Source: an uncultured Bacteroides sp.
GTDB lineage: Bacteria > Bacillota > Clostridia > Christensenellales > CAG-917
Direction: 5' to 3'
Assembly: GCA_964624745.1 (NCBI GenBank)
Contig: CAZUZK010000006.1
Span: 1-53,232 of the forward strand
Length of the DNA stretch: 53,232 bases
Notes under the pieces: model-generated
The model's input: the letters and a program-made list of their open reading frames with translations, nothing else
The model's database searches: none
Told to the model about the DNA's origin: nothing
Translations under genes and position numbers: made by a program
Shown here: positions 9,612-20,259 of the stretch, in pieces
Numbering within the stretch: position 1 is the first letter of the stretch
Layout: every line of letters starts with the position of its first letter

Positions 9612-9737
9612 TTTGAAAGGTGCGTTAAGCAATGTTCAAAAGTCGATTTGGACAATTATGTTAAAGTGAAAATCGTAGGCATTTGTCTGCGATTTTATAT
9701 TTGTCGGAAAAATTGTGCGAAAAATCCTCTCTAGCTG

Positions 9738-9766
9738 TTGTGTTGTATATTTATTTGTGATATAAT
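9738..9766 (+). promoter_or_regulatory. Candidate sigma-A promoter for the yicC-gmk-rpoZ... operon
   Basis: TTGTGT (9738-9743), 17-nt spacer, TATAAT (9761-9766). Confidence 0.35.
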
Positions 9767-9794
9767 TTATAAAAATAATTAGGCGGACGCGCGT

Positions 9795-10670
9795 ATGTAC
9801 AGTATGACGGGCTACGGTAAGGGCGTTTCTCAAAGCAAGGGAAAAGCGATAACCGTAGAGATTAAAACGGTAAATCACAGATTTCTCGATTGCAATTACA
9901 AATTGCCTCGCACTTTTTTATTTGTCGAAGACAAAATTAAGAAAGCGGTTTCCACCGCAATATCGAGAGGTCACGTCGATTTGTATCTTACCTATGAGCA
10001 AACCGCGTCGGATTCGGGTATGTTCACCGTCGACGAGGAGCTGGCTCTCGGCTACGTTCGCGCCGTCGAAAAGCTTGAAATGTGCACGGGGCTTCAAAAC
10101 GATTTCACGCTTTCGTCGCTTGTCAGAGTTCCCGACATAATTGTCAGAGAAAAAGAGGTCGAGGACGAAGATATGCTTGCGCAAATGACTATGCAGGCAG
10201 TTGAAGCCGCGCTTGAGAACTTAAAGATTATGCGCCAAAAGGAGGGCGAGGCTCTCAAGTCGGACATTTCCTCGAAGCTTGACAATATACAAGCCGCGCT
10301 TGACAAGATAGCTACCTATGCGCCCCTTGTCGTCGAGGATTATCGCAACAATTTGAATGCGCGAATCGCCGAGGTCGTGGATCCCGCGCTCGTAGACAAA
10401 CAGCGTCTTGCCACCGAAATCGCTCTTTACGCCGACCATTGCGCCATCGACGAAGAGATAACTCGTCTTTCAACGCATATCAAAAACATGCGCAACCTGC
10501 TCGAAGCGAGCGAGCCGGTAGGTAGAAAAATGGATTTCCTCGTGCAGGAATTCAATCGCGAGACAAACACAATCGGCTCGAAGGCAAACGATATGCGTAT
10601 CACAAGCGAAGTGCTTGCCATAAAGAACGAAATCGAAAAAATGCGCGAGCAATCTGCAAACATCGAATAA
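9795..10670 (+). CDS. yicC: YicC/YloC-family stress-induced protein (endoribonuclease)
   Basis: N-terminus MYSMTGYGKG and C-terminus EVxKMREQxxNIE are typical of the YicC family. Located upstream of gmk. Confidence 0.9.
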   Translation: MYSMTGYGKGVSQSKGKAITVEIKTVNHRFLDCNYKLPRTFLFVEDKIKKAVSTAISRGHVDLYLTYEQTASDSGMFTVDEELALGYVRAVEKLEMCTGLQNDFTLSSLVRVPDIIVREKEVEDEDMLAQMTMQAVEAALENLKIMRQKEGEALKSDISSKLDNIQAALDKIATYAPLVVEDYRNNLNARIAEVVDPALVDKQRLATEIALYADHCAIDEEITRLSTHIKNMRNLLEASEPVGRKMDFLVQEFNRETNTIGSKANDMRITSEVLAIKNEIEKMREQSANIE

Positions 10671-10715
10671 AACACATATATATACCCCCGATTACGGGAA
10701 GGGAGTCGGACAAAT

Positions 10716-11303
10716 ATGCAAAAGAGAGGAATGCTCATCGTCATTTCCGGATTCAGCGGTGTAGGCAAAAGCACCGTTATCGGCTTTATGTATAAAGCTA
10801 TGCCGAATTTGAGATTTTCGGTATCCTGCACGTCGCGCAAACCGCGCGCAAACGAGAAAAACGGCGTCGATTACTATTTCATCAGCGAAGAAGAGTTCGC
10901 TCGCAAAATCGAAAATAACGAATTTGTGGAGTACACGCGCACCTTTACCAACTGCTACGGCACCTTAAAGAGCGAAGTAGACAGACTTTTGGGAGACGGC
11001 TACGACATTCTGCTCGACATCAACAGCGTCGGCGCGATGAATCTCAAAAAGGTATATCCCGATTGCGTGACGGTGTTTATCAATCCGCCGTCCATCGACG
11101 AGCTGAAAAAACGTCTTATCGGCAGAGGAAGCGAGACCGAAGACAGTCTGAAAAAGCGTCTTGACGAAATCGAATTTGAAAGCAAGAGCATTCCGTATTA
11201 CGATTTTGTCGTCATCAACGACGTAGCAAGCGATTGCGCAGACAAAATTGTGACCTTCCTTGAGAATAAACGACTTGAAATCGCGGCAAAATATGCCGAC
11301 TGA
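10716..11303 (+). CDS. gmk: Guanylate kinase
   Basis: P-loop GFSGVGKST and the ..SCTSRKPR..E.NGVDYYF motif. Confidence 0.95.
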   Translation: MQKRGMLIVISGFSGVGKSTVIGFMYKAMPNLRFSVSCTSRKPRANEKNGVDYYFISEEEFARKIENNEFVEYTRTFTNCYGTLKSEVDRLLGDGYDILLDINSVGAMNLKKVYPDCVTVFINPPSIDELKKRLIGRGSETEDSLKKRLDEIEFESKSIPYYDFVVINDVASDCADKIVTFLENKRLEIAAKYAD

Positions 11304-11347
11304 AACGAAAAAAATAAAAAAAGGAAATATATTGGAGGAATACGATT

Positions 11348-11542
11348 ATGATGATTGATCCGCCCATTGACAAACTTATCAAACACGCAGAGTGCAGATA
11401 CGCACTTACCGTTGCCGTGGCAAAGCGCACGCGCGAATTGGTTACCAGCGAAAGCGATTATCTCGCAAAAAGCGGTATGAAGCCGATTTCTTTGGCTTGC
11501 AAGGAAATCTACGAAGACAAAATCAAAATAGTACGCGACTAA
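11348..11542 (+). CDS. rpoZ: DNA-directed RNA polymerase subunit omega
   Basis: 64 aa containing RYALTVAVAKRTREL. Sits between gmk and coaBC. Confidence 0.9.
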   Translation: MMIDPPIDKLIKHAECRYALTVAVAKRTRELVTSESDYLAKSGMKPISLACKEIYEDKIKIVRD

Positions 11543-11543
11543 A

Positions 11544-12728
11544 ATGCTTTACGGCAAGAACGTAGTGTTGGGCGTAAGCGGCGGAATTGCCGTTTACAAG
11601 GCGTGCGAAATCGTATCGCGACTGAAAAAACTCGGTGCAAGCGTCGATGTTATTATGACGAAAAACGCCGAGAAATTCGTCGCGCCTTTGACGTTCCAAA
11701 CTCTTGCGAAATCCGCCGTGGTATGCGATCCGTTCGAGCCTGTGAAGGAATTTGACATCAATCACATTTCGCTTGCGAAAAAAGCGGATATTCTCGTTGT
11801 CGCGCCGGCAACCGCAAACGTGATTGCAAAATTCGCGCAGGGTATAGCCGACGATATGCTGTCAACGACTTATCTTGCTTGCAACGCGCAAAAGCTTATT
11901 TGCCCTGCAATGAACACCAATATGTATGAGGACGAAACAACGCAAGAGAATATGCGCGTTCTAAAAGAACGCGGCGTGTTGTTTTGCGATTCCTCCGTCG
12001 GACTTTTGGCGTGCGGCGACGTGGGCAAGGGGCGTATGGCGGAGCCGATAGATATTGTCAAGGCAATCGAAGATTATCTCACACCCGTACAGGATTTTGC
12101 AGGCAAAAGAGTGCTTATCACTGCAGGCGGTACGGAAGAAAAGCTTGACGGCGTACGCGTGCTTGCAAATCGTTCGAGCGGAAAAATGGGCTGTGCCTTG
12201 GCGCAAGCCGTCGCAGACAGAGGAGGAAGCGTCGTACTAGTTCACGGCAATATGAAGGTTGCCGTACCCACGTGCGTTGAAAAATCCGTTGCGGTCAAAT
12301 CCACCGACGAAATGCTCGAGGCGTGCCGAAAGGAATTTTGCGACGTAGACGTCGCGATAATGGCTGCCGCGCCTGCCGATTACAAGCCCAAACACAGCTT
12401 TGACAACAAGCTTAAAGCGGACAGCTTAACAATCGAGCTTGTCAAAAATCCCGACATTGCAAAAACTCTCGGCGAAAGCAAGGGCAACAAACGCCTTGTG
12501 ATTTTCTCTGCCGAGACGGAAAATCTCATCGACAACGCAAAAGGCAAGCTTATAAAGAAGCACGCCGATTTAGTCGTTGCCAACGACGTTACTAAAGAGG
12601 GCGCGGGCTTTGACGTAGACACCAACGTAGCGACTATTATCGATACCAACGGCAATCAGTTGCAAAGCGGCGTCGTTTCCAAGCGCGAGCTTGCCGACGT
12701 AATTTTGGACAAGGTGCTTGCGTTATGA
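11544..12728 (+). CDS. coaBC: Bifunctional phosphopantothenoylcysteine decarboxylase / phosphopantothenate-cysteine ligase
   Basis: Flavoprotein N-domain (GVSGGIAVYK) plus a DFP C-domain. Confidence 0.95.
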   Translation: MLYGKNVVLGVSGGIAVYKACEIVSRLKKLGASVDVIMTKNAEKFVAPLTFQTLAKSAVVCDPFEPVKEFDINHISLAKKADILVVAPATANVIAKFAQGIADDMLSTTYLACNAQKLICPAMNTNMYEDETTQENMRVLKERGVLFCDSSVGLLACGDVGKGRMAEPIDIVKAIEDYLTPVQDFAGKRVLITAGGTEEKLDGVRVLANRSSGKMGCALAQAVADRGGSVVLVHGNMKVAVPTCVEKSVAVKSTDEMLEACRKEFCDVDVAIMAAAPADYKPKHSFDNKLKADSLTIELVKNPDIAKTLGESKGNKRLVIFSAETENLIDNAKGKLIKKHADLVVANDVTKEGAGFDVDTNVATIIDTNGNQLQSGVVSKRELADVILDKVLAL

Positions 12729-14899
12729 TTTTGGAGGTTATCGTTGACATCTCGACAAGCGAGGTAGACAGAACCTTCGATTATATCGGCGATGACGTGC
12801 CTATAGGCAGTCGCGTCGTTGTCGAGTTTGGAAAAAAGCGACTTATAGGCTTTGTTATCGGCAAAAAAGAGAAGTCGCAATTTGACAATCTCAAGCAAGC
12901 AAAATATTTAGATTCTCCCATAAGTCCCGAGCAGCTGGGACTTATGAACTTTATGAGAAAAACCTACAATCTACGTCATATCGACGTGCTTAGATTGTTT
13001 GTTCCTGCAAAGCTTCGAGAGGAACGCGATCCTGAATTTACAAGGAAATTTCTTTCCGTCGACGATACAAGACCTCTCGAGGAACTTAAAGCAATCGTGG
13101 GTAGCAGAGCGCAAAAACAACAAGAAGCTTTAGATTTCATATTCGCCACCGGCGGTCAGTTTTTGAGCGTGCTCGTCGTAAAATTCGGCGCGAGCGCGAT
13201 AAACGGCTTGCGCGATAAGGGCGTTGTTGTCGAAAGCGACGTGCATGAGCGTTCCGCACCCTTGCAAACACTCTCAAAAGACGATAAACGCGTCACCTTG
13301 ACAAAAGCGCAGTCCGATGCCGTCACGCAAATTTCGCAGGGCAAGGGAACGTTCTTGCTTCACGGAGTCACGGGAAGCGGAAAGACGGAGATTTACGAAT
13401 GCGTCATCGAGCGTATGATAGCAAGCGGAAAAACCGCGATAATGCTTGTTCCCGAAATATCCTTAACTCCGCAAATGCTAGGCTTGTTCAGAGCGCGCTT
13501 CGGCGATGACGTCGCCTTGTTGCACAGCGGCTTGAACGCGTCTGAAAGATACGACGAGTGGAAACGCTTAAAAACAGGACAAGCGCATATAGCGATAGGC
13601 GCGAGGTCGGCGATTTTCGCACCGCTTGAGAATATCGGCGCGATAATCATAGACGAGGAGCATGACGCCAGTTATTTGTCGGAATCCAATCCGCGCTACG
13701 ACACAAAGCGCATTGCCGAGTACCGCGCGAAAGCCAACGACGGAGTGCTTGTTCTAGGATCTGCCACTCCCGATATGGAAACCTATCTTAAAGCAAGCGA
13801 AAACGAGTATACGCTCATTACGCTTCCCGACAGAATTTCCAAGCACAAGCTTCCCGAAATGGAAATCGTCGATATGACGCAGGAGTTTAGACAGGGCAAT
13901 CGCTCGCTCTTTTCAAAGGCATTGCAAGAGGCTCTGATAAGCGCAAAGGAGCGCGGCGAGCAATCCATGCTTTTCCTAAACAGACGAGGCTATGCGTCGT
14001 TTATAAGATGCAAGGAATGCGGATATATCGCAAAATGCGAGGACTGCGACATATCGTTGACCTATCACAGGGAGGATAACGAGCTTAAATGTCACTATTG
14101 CGGACGTCGTTATCACGCCTTGACAAAATGCCCCAAATGCGGAAGCACGCAAATAAAGCAAGGCAGAATAGGCACTGAAAAGGTCGTTGACGAGCTTAAA
14201 CAGCTCATGCCCGACGTAAGAGTTTTGCGTATGGACAACGACACCACAATGCGCAAGGACAGCTATTTCAAGATATTGTCCGCGTTTGCCGAGAAGAAAG
14301 CCGACGTGTTGGTCGGCACGCAAATGATAGCAAAGGGGCATGATTTTGCAAACGTTACGCTTGTTGGAATCCTCGAGGCGGATTCTGCGCTGTATTTCAG
14401 CGATTATCGTTCGAGCGAACGCACTTTCCAGCTGATAACGCAGGTTGCGGGTCGCGCCGGAAGAGCGGATAAAGAGGGTAAGGTCATTCTTCAAACCTAT
14501 GCGCCGAAGCATTACGTTTTCAGGTTCGGAAGAGTATACGACTATCTCGGCTTTTGGAAAAAGGAAATCAACACCCGTATGGTTACCAAATTTCCGCCGT
14601 TCACAAAGATTGTGCGCGTGCTGTTGACATCGGTAAACGAGCAGGACGTCGTAGACGCGACAAGAAACGCGTATAAGGACATTCGCAAGCTTCAAGAGGA
14701 GTACGGAGAATTTGTTTATTTAGGCGCGACGAAATCTCCCGTAACGAAAATGAACGGGCTTTCTCGCTATCAGATAATGATGCGCATAGAGCCGAAGCAA
14801 TTTGAAAAAATCATAGGCGAAATATACAAAATCGCCGACGGTAATAAATCGAAAAAATGCAACGTATTCGTTGAAATCAATCCGCAAAGCTTGATTTGA
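12725..14899 (+). CDS. priA: Primosomal protein N' (replication restart helicase)
   Basis: Walker A HGVTGSGKTE, DEEHD, and a Cys-rich zinc region CKECG..C..C..C.YCG. Confidence 0.95.
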   Translation: MILEVIVDISTSEVDRTFDYIGDDVPIGSRVVVEFGKKRLIGFVIGKKEKSQFDNLKQAKYLDSPISPEQLGLMNFMRKTYNLRHIDVLRLFVPAKLREERDPEFTRKFLSVDDTRPLEELKAIVGSRAQKQQEALDFIFATGGQFLSVLVVKFGASAINGLRDKGVVVESDVHERSAPLQTLSKDDKRVTLTKAQSDAVTQISQGKGTFLLHGVTGSGKTEIYECVIERMIASGKTAIMLVPEISLTPQMLGLFRARFGDDVALLHSGLNASERYDEWKRLKTGQAHIAIGARSAIFAPLENIGAIIIDEEHDASYLSESNPRYDTKRIAEYRAKANDGVLVLGSATPDMETYLKASENEYTLITLPDRISKHKLPEMEIVDMTQEFRQGNRSLFSKALQEALISAKERGEQSMLFLNRRGYASFIRCKECGYIAKCEDCDISLTYHREDNELKCHYCGRRYHALTKCPKCGSTQIKQGRIGTEKVVDELKQLMPDVRVLRMDNDTTMRKDSYFKILSAFAEKKADVLVGTQMIAKGHDFANVTLVGILEADSALYFSDYRSSERTFQLITQVAGRAGRADKEGKVILQTYAPKHYVFRFGRVYDYLGFWKKEINTRMVTKFPPFTKIVRVLLTSVNEQDVVDATRNAYKDIRKLQEEYGEFVYLGATKSPVTKMNGLSRYQIMMRIEPKQFEKIIGEIYKIADGNKSKKCNVFVEINPQSLI

Positions 14900-14921
14900 C
14901 AAAAAGGAAAATAAGAAAAAT

Positions 14922-15386
14922 ATGGCAAAGAGAATAATAGTCAAGGTACCAGATCCCATTTTAACGAAAAAATGTCGCGTTGTCGAAAAGTTCGACGACA
15001 GATTATGGACGCTTTTGGACGATATGAAAGAAACCGTAAAGGACGCCAACGGCGCAGGACTTGCCGCTCCGCAGGTTGCGGTGCTTAAACGCGTTTGCGT
15101 AGTGGACACCGAAGACGGCTTTTTCGAGCTTATCAATCCTGTGATTACGTCGTTTAGCGGTGCGCAAACGGGACCGGAGGGTTGTCTTTCCGTTCCGCAC
15201 AAATACGGCGAGGTTACAAGACCCATGAAAGTGAGCGTCAAGGCATTTGACCGTTTCGGCAAGGAGCAGCGTTACAGGGTTAAGGGCTTTACGGCAAGAG
15301 CGTTTTGTCACGAAATCGACCATTTGGACGGCATAGTTTACACTTCAAAATGCAACGACGTTTTTGAAGAGGAGGATAACGAATGA
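14922..15386 (+). CDS. def: Peptide deformylase
   Basis: Motifs GAGLAAPQ, EGCLSVP and HEIDHLDG. Confidence 0.95.
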   Translation: MAKRIIVKVPDPILTKKCRVVEKFDDRLWTLLDDMKETVKDANGAGLAAPQVAVLKRVCVVDTEDGFFELINPVITSFSGAQTGPEGCLSVPHKYGEVTRPMKVSVKAFDRFGKEQRYRVKGFTARAFCHEIDHLDGIVYTSKCNDVFEEEDNE

Positions 15387-16312
15387 AAATAGTGTTTATG
15401 GGTACTCCCGATTTTTCGGCGGTAGTTCTTCAAAAGCTTCATTCGGTATATCCCGTATGCTGTGTAGTTACCGGGCTTGACAAGCCGATAGGGCGCGGCT
15501 ATCAGCTTAAGCCTTCGCCGCTTAAAGTCAAGGCACAGGAGCTTGGCATACCCGTATTGCAATACGAAAAGGTTTCAAGAGAGGGCATAGAAGCTATAAG
15601 CGCGCTTGAACCGGATATTATCGTAACCGCCGCCTTCGGACAGATTTTAAGCGAAAAATTCTTGTCTATACCGAAATTTGCGGTATTGAACGTACACGCC
15701 TCGCTTCTTCCGAAATATAGAGGCTCTTCGCCCATTCAGTGGTCTATTATAAACGGAGACGAAACCACCGGTATAACGATAATGAAAACCGTAAAAGCGG
15801 TTGACGCAGGGGATATGCTGTTGCAAAAGACAACGGACATAGGCAAAAACGAAACGGCAGGAGAACTGTTCGACAGGCTCGCGCTTTTAGGCGGCGACGC
15901 TATAGTCGAAGCAATATCTCTTGTGGAAAGCGGAAAAGCGACGTTCACGCCGCAAGACGACGCGCTTGTCACGCATTGCTCCATGATAGGCAAGGAGGAC
16001 GGAAAAATCGACTTTTCAAAAACGGCAAAACAAATCGATTGCTTCGTAAGGGGAATGTCGCCGTGGCCGTCCGCGTTTACGCATTACAACGGCAAACTTT
16101 TGAAGGTATATTCCGTCGAAAAATCGGATATTGACGACTTGAACGCCGCCTGCGGTCAGGTGCTTGTAGCCGATGCCAAGAACGGCTTAATCGTCAAATG
16201 CGAGGGCGGTTCGGTACGCCTTTGCCAAATCCAGCTCGAAGGCTCCAAGCGTATGAGCGACGCCGATTTCCTCAAAGGAAGAAAAATCGACGTCGGATAT
16301 GTTTTTGAATAA
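15383..16312 (+). CDS. fmt: Methionyl-tRNA formyltransferase
   Basis: HASLLPKYRGSSPIQW motif. 4-nt overlap with def. Confidence 0.95.
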   Translation: MKIVFMGTPDFSAVVLQKLHSVYPVCCVVTGLDKPIGRGYQLKPSPLKVKAQELGIPVLQYEKVSREGIEAISALEPDIIVTAAFGQILSEKFLSIPKFAVLNVHASLLPKYRGSSPIQWSIINGDETTGITIMKTVKAVDAGDMLLQKTTDIGKNETAGELFDRLALLGGDAIVEAISLVESGKATFTPQDDALVTHCSMIGKEDGKIDFSKTAKQIDCFVRGMSPWPSAFTHYNGKLLKVYSVEKSDIDDLNAACGQVLVADAKNGLIVKCEGGSVRLCQIQLEGSKRMSDADFLKGRKIDVGYVFE

Positions 16313-16337
16313 AATATATTGTTAGAATAACGAAAAA

Positions 16338-17609
16338 ATGAGAAAGTATATAAATTCCGCACTCAAAATAATCCAAAAGGTTTATATGGACGGCACGTAT
16401 AGCAATATGGCTTTTTACGGTGAAAAGGTCAGCGATATGTCTACGCGCCTCGTTTACGGAACTCTCGAGGAAGACGTAAAGACGGAATATATACTCAATC
16501 GGCTTATAGACAAAAAACCGCAAAAGCTTGTATACGTATTGCTGAAAATAGGCACGTACGCGCTTCTCAATCTAACCGACGTACCCTCGTTTGCGATTGT
16601 AAGCGAATGCGTTGAGGTGGCAAAGCTCAACGGAAAGAGCGGTGCGAGCGGATTTGTAAACGCCGTCTTAAAAAAGGTGGCGCAGGGCGCGTATTCCTTG
16701 CCAAGCGAGAATGACGAAGATTATTTGTCTGTTACTTATTCAAAGCCTAAATGGTTTATCGACAAGCTCATCGCGCAATACGGCAAGGAGGACGTCGTAA
16801 AAATGCTCGAAGCTCCTCAAAGTCACTTGGAGCATATTCGAGTAAACTCACGGCTTGCAACGCCTGCTGACGTCGAAAGCTTGCTAAAAAAGGATAAGCA
16901 ACCGATAAAAAGAACGGCTGTCGGCGGTTACGCGGTAAAAGCCGACGACTGCATAAAGCGCGCCTTCGACAAGGGGCTTGTGACTTATCAATCGCCGTCC
17001 AGTATGCTTGCCGTAAGGGCGTTGAATCCCACGGACGGAGCTAGCGTTTTGGATTTATGCTCGGCTCCAGGCGGAAAGGCTATATATATGAGCGAGCTAT
17101 GTCCGCATTCGTTTATCACCGCCTGCGATTTGCACGAGCATAGGGTTCAGCTTATACAGAAATACAAGAATCGTATGCACACGCCGAACGTAAAGGCAGT
17201 GCAGAAGGACGCTTGCGTATTCGACGAGGAGTGGAAGGACAAATTCGATTACGTGCTTGTCGATGCTCCTTGCTCGTGTTTCGGCACGTTTAGGAAGCAC
17301 CCCGACGTATTCCTTACGCGCGGTGAAGAGGACATAGACGAGCTTTGCGCAACGCAAGGCAAGCTTCTTCAAAACGCCTCGAGATACGTCAAAATCGACG
17401 GTAAAATCGTTTATTCGACCTGCACGCTGTTTAGAGAAGAAAATCAAAATCTAGTAAAAGCGTTTTTGGATAACAACGACGGCTTCGAGGTTGAAATTCC
17501 CGACCTTTCGGACGTCGGTATCGAGGTAGGCAAGGACGGCTTTGTACAGCTTTTGCCTCACGACGAATACGACGGCTTCTTTATCGCTAAATTAAGGAGA
17601 ACCAAATGA
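16338..17609 (+). CDS. rsmB: 16S rRNA (cytosine967-C5)-methyltransferase
   Basis: NusB-like N-domain plus a SAM-dependent methyltransferase motif DLCSAPGGK and the catalytic TC. Confidence 0.9.
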   Translation: MRKYINSALKIIQKVYMDGTYSNMAFYGEKVSDMSTRLVYGTLEEDVKTEYILNRLIDKKPQKLVYVLLKIGTYALLNLTDVPSFAIVSECVEVAKLNGKSGASGFVNAVLKKVAQGAYSLPSENDEDYLSVTYSKPKWFIDKLIAQYGKEDVVKMLEAPQSHLEHIRVNSRLATPADVESLLKKDKQPIKRTAVGGYAVKADDCIKRAFDKGLVTYQSPSSMLAVRALNPTDGASVLDLCSAPGGKAIYMSELCPHSFITACDLHEHRVQLIQKYKNRMHTPNVKAVQKDACVFDEEWKDKFDYVLVDAPCSCFGTFRKHPDVFLTRGEEDIDELCATQGKLLQNASRYVKIDGKIVYSTCTLFREENQNLVKAFLDNNDGFEVEIPDLSDVGIEVGKDGFVQLLPHDEYDGFFIAKLRRTK

Positions 17610-18667
17610 ACGAGGTAAACAAAATTTCGTTGCTTGCTATGAGCAAGTCTGAAATATCCGCACTTTTACCCGAGTGCCCGAAATTTACCGCAACGCAAAT
17701 TTACGGTTTTCTCCACGACGGCAAAAACTTTGAGGAAATGACCTCGCTCAAAAAGGATTTGAGGAAATATTTAAGCGACAATTTTCTTGCGAATCCCGTG
17801 AGCATTCTCGACGTATTCAAGGGCAAACTCGGCACCAAAAAATATCTTTTCCGTCTTGCGGACGGCAATCTTATCGAAGGCGTATATATGCCGCACGATT
17901 ACGGCGATACGCTGTGCCTTTCAACGCAAATAGGCTGCAGAATGGGTTGCACTTTTTGCGCGTCTACGCTTGACGGACTTGTCAGAAATCTGACTCCCGC
18001 CGAAATGCTGGGGCAGGTTGTTTGCGTAAACCGTGACAACGGCGGAACCGCAAAATGCCGCAAGGTCACCAATCTCGTGCTTATGGGAAGCGGCGAGCCG
18101 TTTGACAACTACGACAACGTGCTTGCGTTTTTAGACGCCGTAAGCGCGCAGGACGGTATAAATATAAGCGAGCGCAACATTTCCTTATCAACTTCCGGCT
18201 TATGCGACAAAATTCGCCGTTTCGCAGACAGCGGACACAAGGTCACCTTATCGATAAGCCTTCACGCGCCGTTTGACGAACTGCGTAGCGCGCTTATGCC
18301 GGTAAACAAAGCCTATTGCGTAAAGGAGCTTGTCTCCTCGGCAAGGTATTATTTTGAAAAGACGGGCAGGCGAGTTATATTTGAATATACGCTTATCAAG
18401 GGCGAAAACGATTCCGACGCCTGCGCAAACGAGCTTGCAAGGCTAACGCGCGGTTTTCCGTCGCACGTCAATCTTATCAGATTGAACGAGGTCAAGGAGC
18501 GCAATCACGTTGCGCCGAGCGTAGACGCCACCGAAGCTTTTTTGTCAAAGCTCGAAAAGCTCGGCGTGTCGGCAACCATACGCAAGAGTTTGGGCAACGA
18601 CGTCGAGGGTGCGTGCGGACAGCTTCGTCGCAGATATTTGAAAGAAAACGGAGAAATATCCGAATAA
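17606..18667 (+). CDS. rlmN: 23S rRNA/tRNA (adenine-C2)-methyltransferase, radical SAM
   Basis: CRMGCTFCAS radical-SAM cluster motif with family-typical flanks. Confidence 0.95.
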   Translation: MNEVNKISLLAMSKSEISALLPECPKFTATQIYGFLHDGKNFEEMTSLKKDLRKYLSDNFLANPVSILDVFKGKLGTKKYLFRLADGNLIEGVYMPHDYGDTLCLSTQIGCRMGCTFCASTLDGLVRNLTPAEMLGQVVCVNRDNGGTAKCRKVTNLVLMGSGEPFDNYDNVLAFLDAVSAQDGINISERNISLSTSGLCDKIRRFADSGHKVTLSISLHAPFDELRSALMPVNKAYCVKELVSSARYYFEKTGRRVIFEYTLIKGENDSDACANELARLTRGFPSHVNLIRLNEVKERNHVAPSVDATEAFLSKLEKLGVSATIRKSLGNDVEGACGQLRRRYLKENGEISE

Positions 18668-18691
18668 AACGATACAACGATATAACGGTAT

Positions 18692-19555
18692 ATGGCAATG
18701 AAAACATACAAAGGACGAGTTATAAAAGCGGTTGCGTCAAAATTTTTCGTAGATACGTCGGACGGCGTAAAGGTTTGTTTTGCTCGCAAACGACTTAAAA
18801 ACGACGGCTTGATTTACGTCGGCGATTTCGTCACGGTTGCAAAGGATCGCGATTCCTTCGTCATAGAAGAGGTTGCGCCGAGAAAAAATCGACTTATCCG
18901 TCCGTACGTCAGCAACGTAGACGTCTGTTTTATCGTCATAGCTCCCGAGCCGGAACCGGATTTCCTTCTAGTTGACAAGATTATCGTCAACTGCCTTGAG
19001 CAGTGCATCGCTCCGATTTTGGTTAAAAACAAATGTGACTTTGCCAAAATCGATTCAAGCGAGTATGCAAATGTCGTCGATATTATCGAATGCTCCGCGC
19101 AAACAGGCGAGGGAATTTCCGATTTAGTGCGTATGGCAAAGGGAAAGACCGCTTGCTTTGCAGGGCAATCCGCAGTCGGGAAAAGCTCGATACTCAATGC
19201 GATTTTAGACAGTGACGAACTTGAGGTCGGCGAGCTTACGCGCAAGATTAAAAGAGGCAAAAACACCACTAGAAAGACGGAAATCTTCTATGTCGGCGAG
19301 GACACCTATTTTGTCGATACCTGCGGTTTTTCAATGCTCGACGCCGTTGACGTGGAGCCTGAAAGCCTGCGCTTGTATTTTGACGAATTTGAACTTTTTA
19401 GACGCGATTGTAGGTTCAACACCTGCACTCACACCGACGAACCCGACTGTGCCGTAAAATCGCACGTCGGCAAGGAAATAGGCGAGGGACGTTACCAAAG
19501 ATACAAGACCCTTTACGCCGAGCTTGTCGAAAGACGAGAAAACAAATACAACTGA
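18692..19555 (+). CDS. rsgA: Ribosome small-subunit-dependent GTPase A
   Basis: Circularly permuted GTPase (NKCD, GQSAVGKSS) with a C-terminal Zn knuckle C..C.H..EP.C. Confidence 0.95.
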   Translation: MAMKTYKGRVIKAVASKFFVDTSDGVKVCFARKRLKNDGLIYVGDFVTVAKDRDSFVIEEVAPRKNRLIRPYVSNVDVCFIVIAPEPEPDFLLVDKIIVNCLEQCIAPILVKNKCDFAKIDSSEYANVVDIIECSAQTGEGISDLVRMAKGKTACFAGQSAVGKSSILNAILDSDELEVGELTRKIKRGKNTTRKTEIFYVGEDTYFVDTCGFSMLDAVDVEPESLRLYFDEFELFRRDCRFNTCTHTDEPDCAVKSHVGKEIGEGRYQRYKTLYAELVERRENKYN

Positions 19556-19567
19556 TAGGGGGAAATT

Positions 19568-20209
19568 ATGCTAGTTGCTCCGTCAATGCTATCTGCCGAT
19601 TTCGGCAATATGGCAAACGAATTGAAGAACGTAAAGAGCTGGAATGCGGACTGGGTTCATTGCGACGTCATGGACGGCGTGTACGTTCCAAACATCACGT
19701 TCGGTATGCCCATGATATGCGCGTTCAGACGTGACACGGATATGTTTTTGGACGTACACCTTATGATTGTCGAGCCTGAAAAATACGTCGAAGCGTTTTG
19801 CGATGCAGGCGCGGATTTGGTATCATTTCACCCGGACGCGTCGAAGGACGTATCGGGCGCGATAGCAAAAATCAAGTCAAAAGGCAAAAAGTGCGGCATA
19901 GTGATAAACGCCGACGTTCCTTTCGATGTGGCAAAGCCCTATCTAAAAGACGTTGACTTGGTTTTGATAATGACTGTACAGGCAGGCTTTGGGGGACAGA
20001 GCTTCAAACACGATTGCCTTGACAAGGTAAAAGAAGCGGTAGCTCAAAGAGAAGCGCACGGCTACAAATACGTTGTCGAGGTTGACGGCGGAGTATGCGA
20101 AGAAAATATCGAGCTTATAAAGCACGCCAATGTTGACGTCGTTGTCGCGGGAAGCGCGATATTCAAATCGAAAAACCCCAAAAGAACCGTCGAAATCCTG
20201 CATTCATAA
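19568..20209 (+). CDS. rpe: Ribulose-phosphate 3-epimerase
   Basis: N-terminus APSMLSADF, HCDVMDG, and GFGGQSF. Confidence 0.95.
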   Translation: MLVAPSMLSADFGNMANELKNVKSWNADWVHCDVMDGVYVPNITFGMPMICAFRRDTDMFLDVHLMIVEPEKYVEAFCDAGADLVSFHPDASKDVSGAIAKIKSKGKKCGIVINADVPFDVAKPYLKDVDLVLIMTVQAGFGGQSFKHDCLDKVKEAVAQREAHGYKYVVEVDGGVCEENIELIKHANVDVVVAGSAIFKSKNPKRTVEILHS

Positions 20210-20259
20210 TCAAACGCGGATATAAAAATTCGTAGGTACTAACGCGAATATTGAAATAT

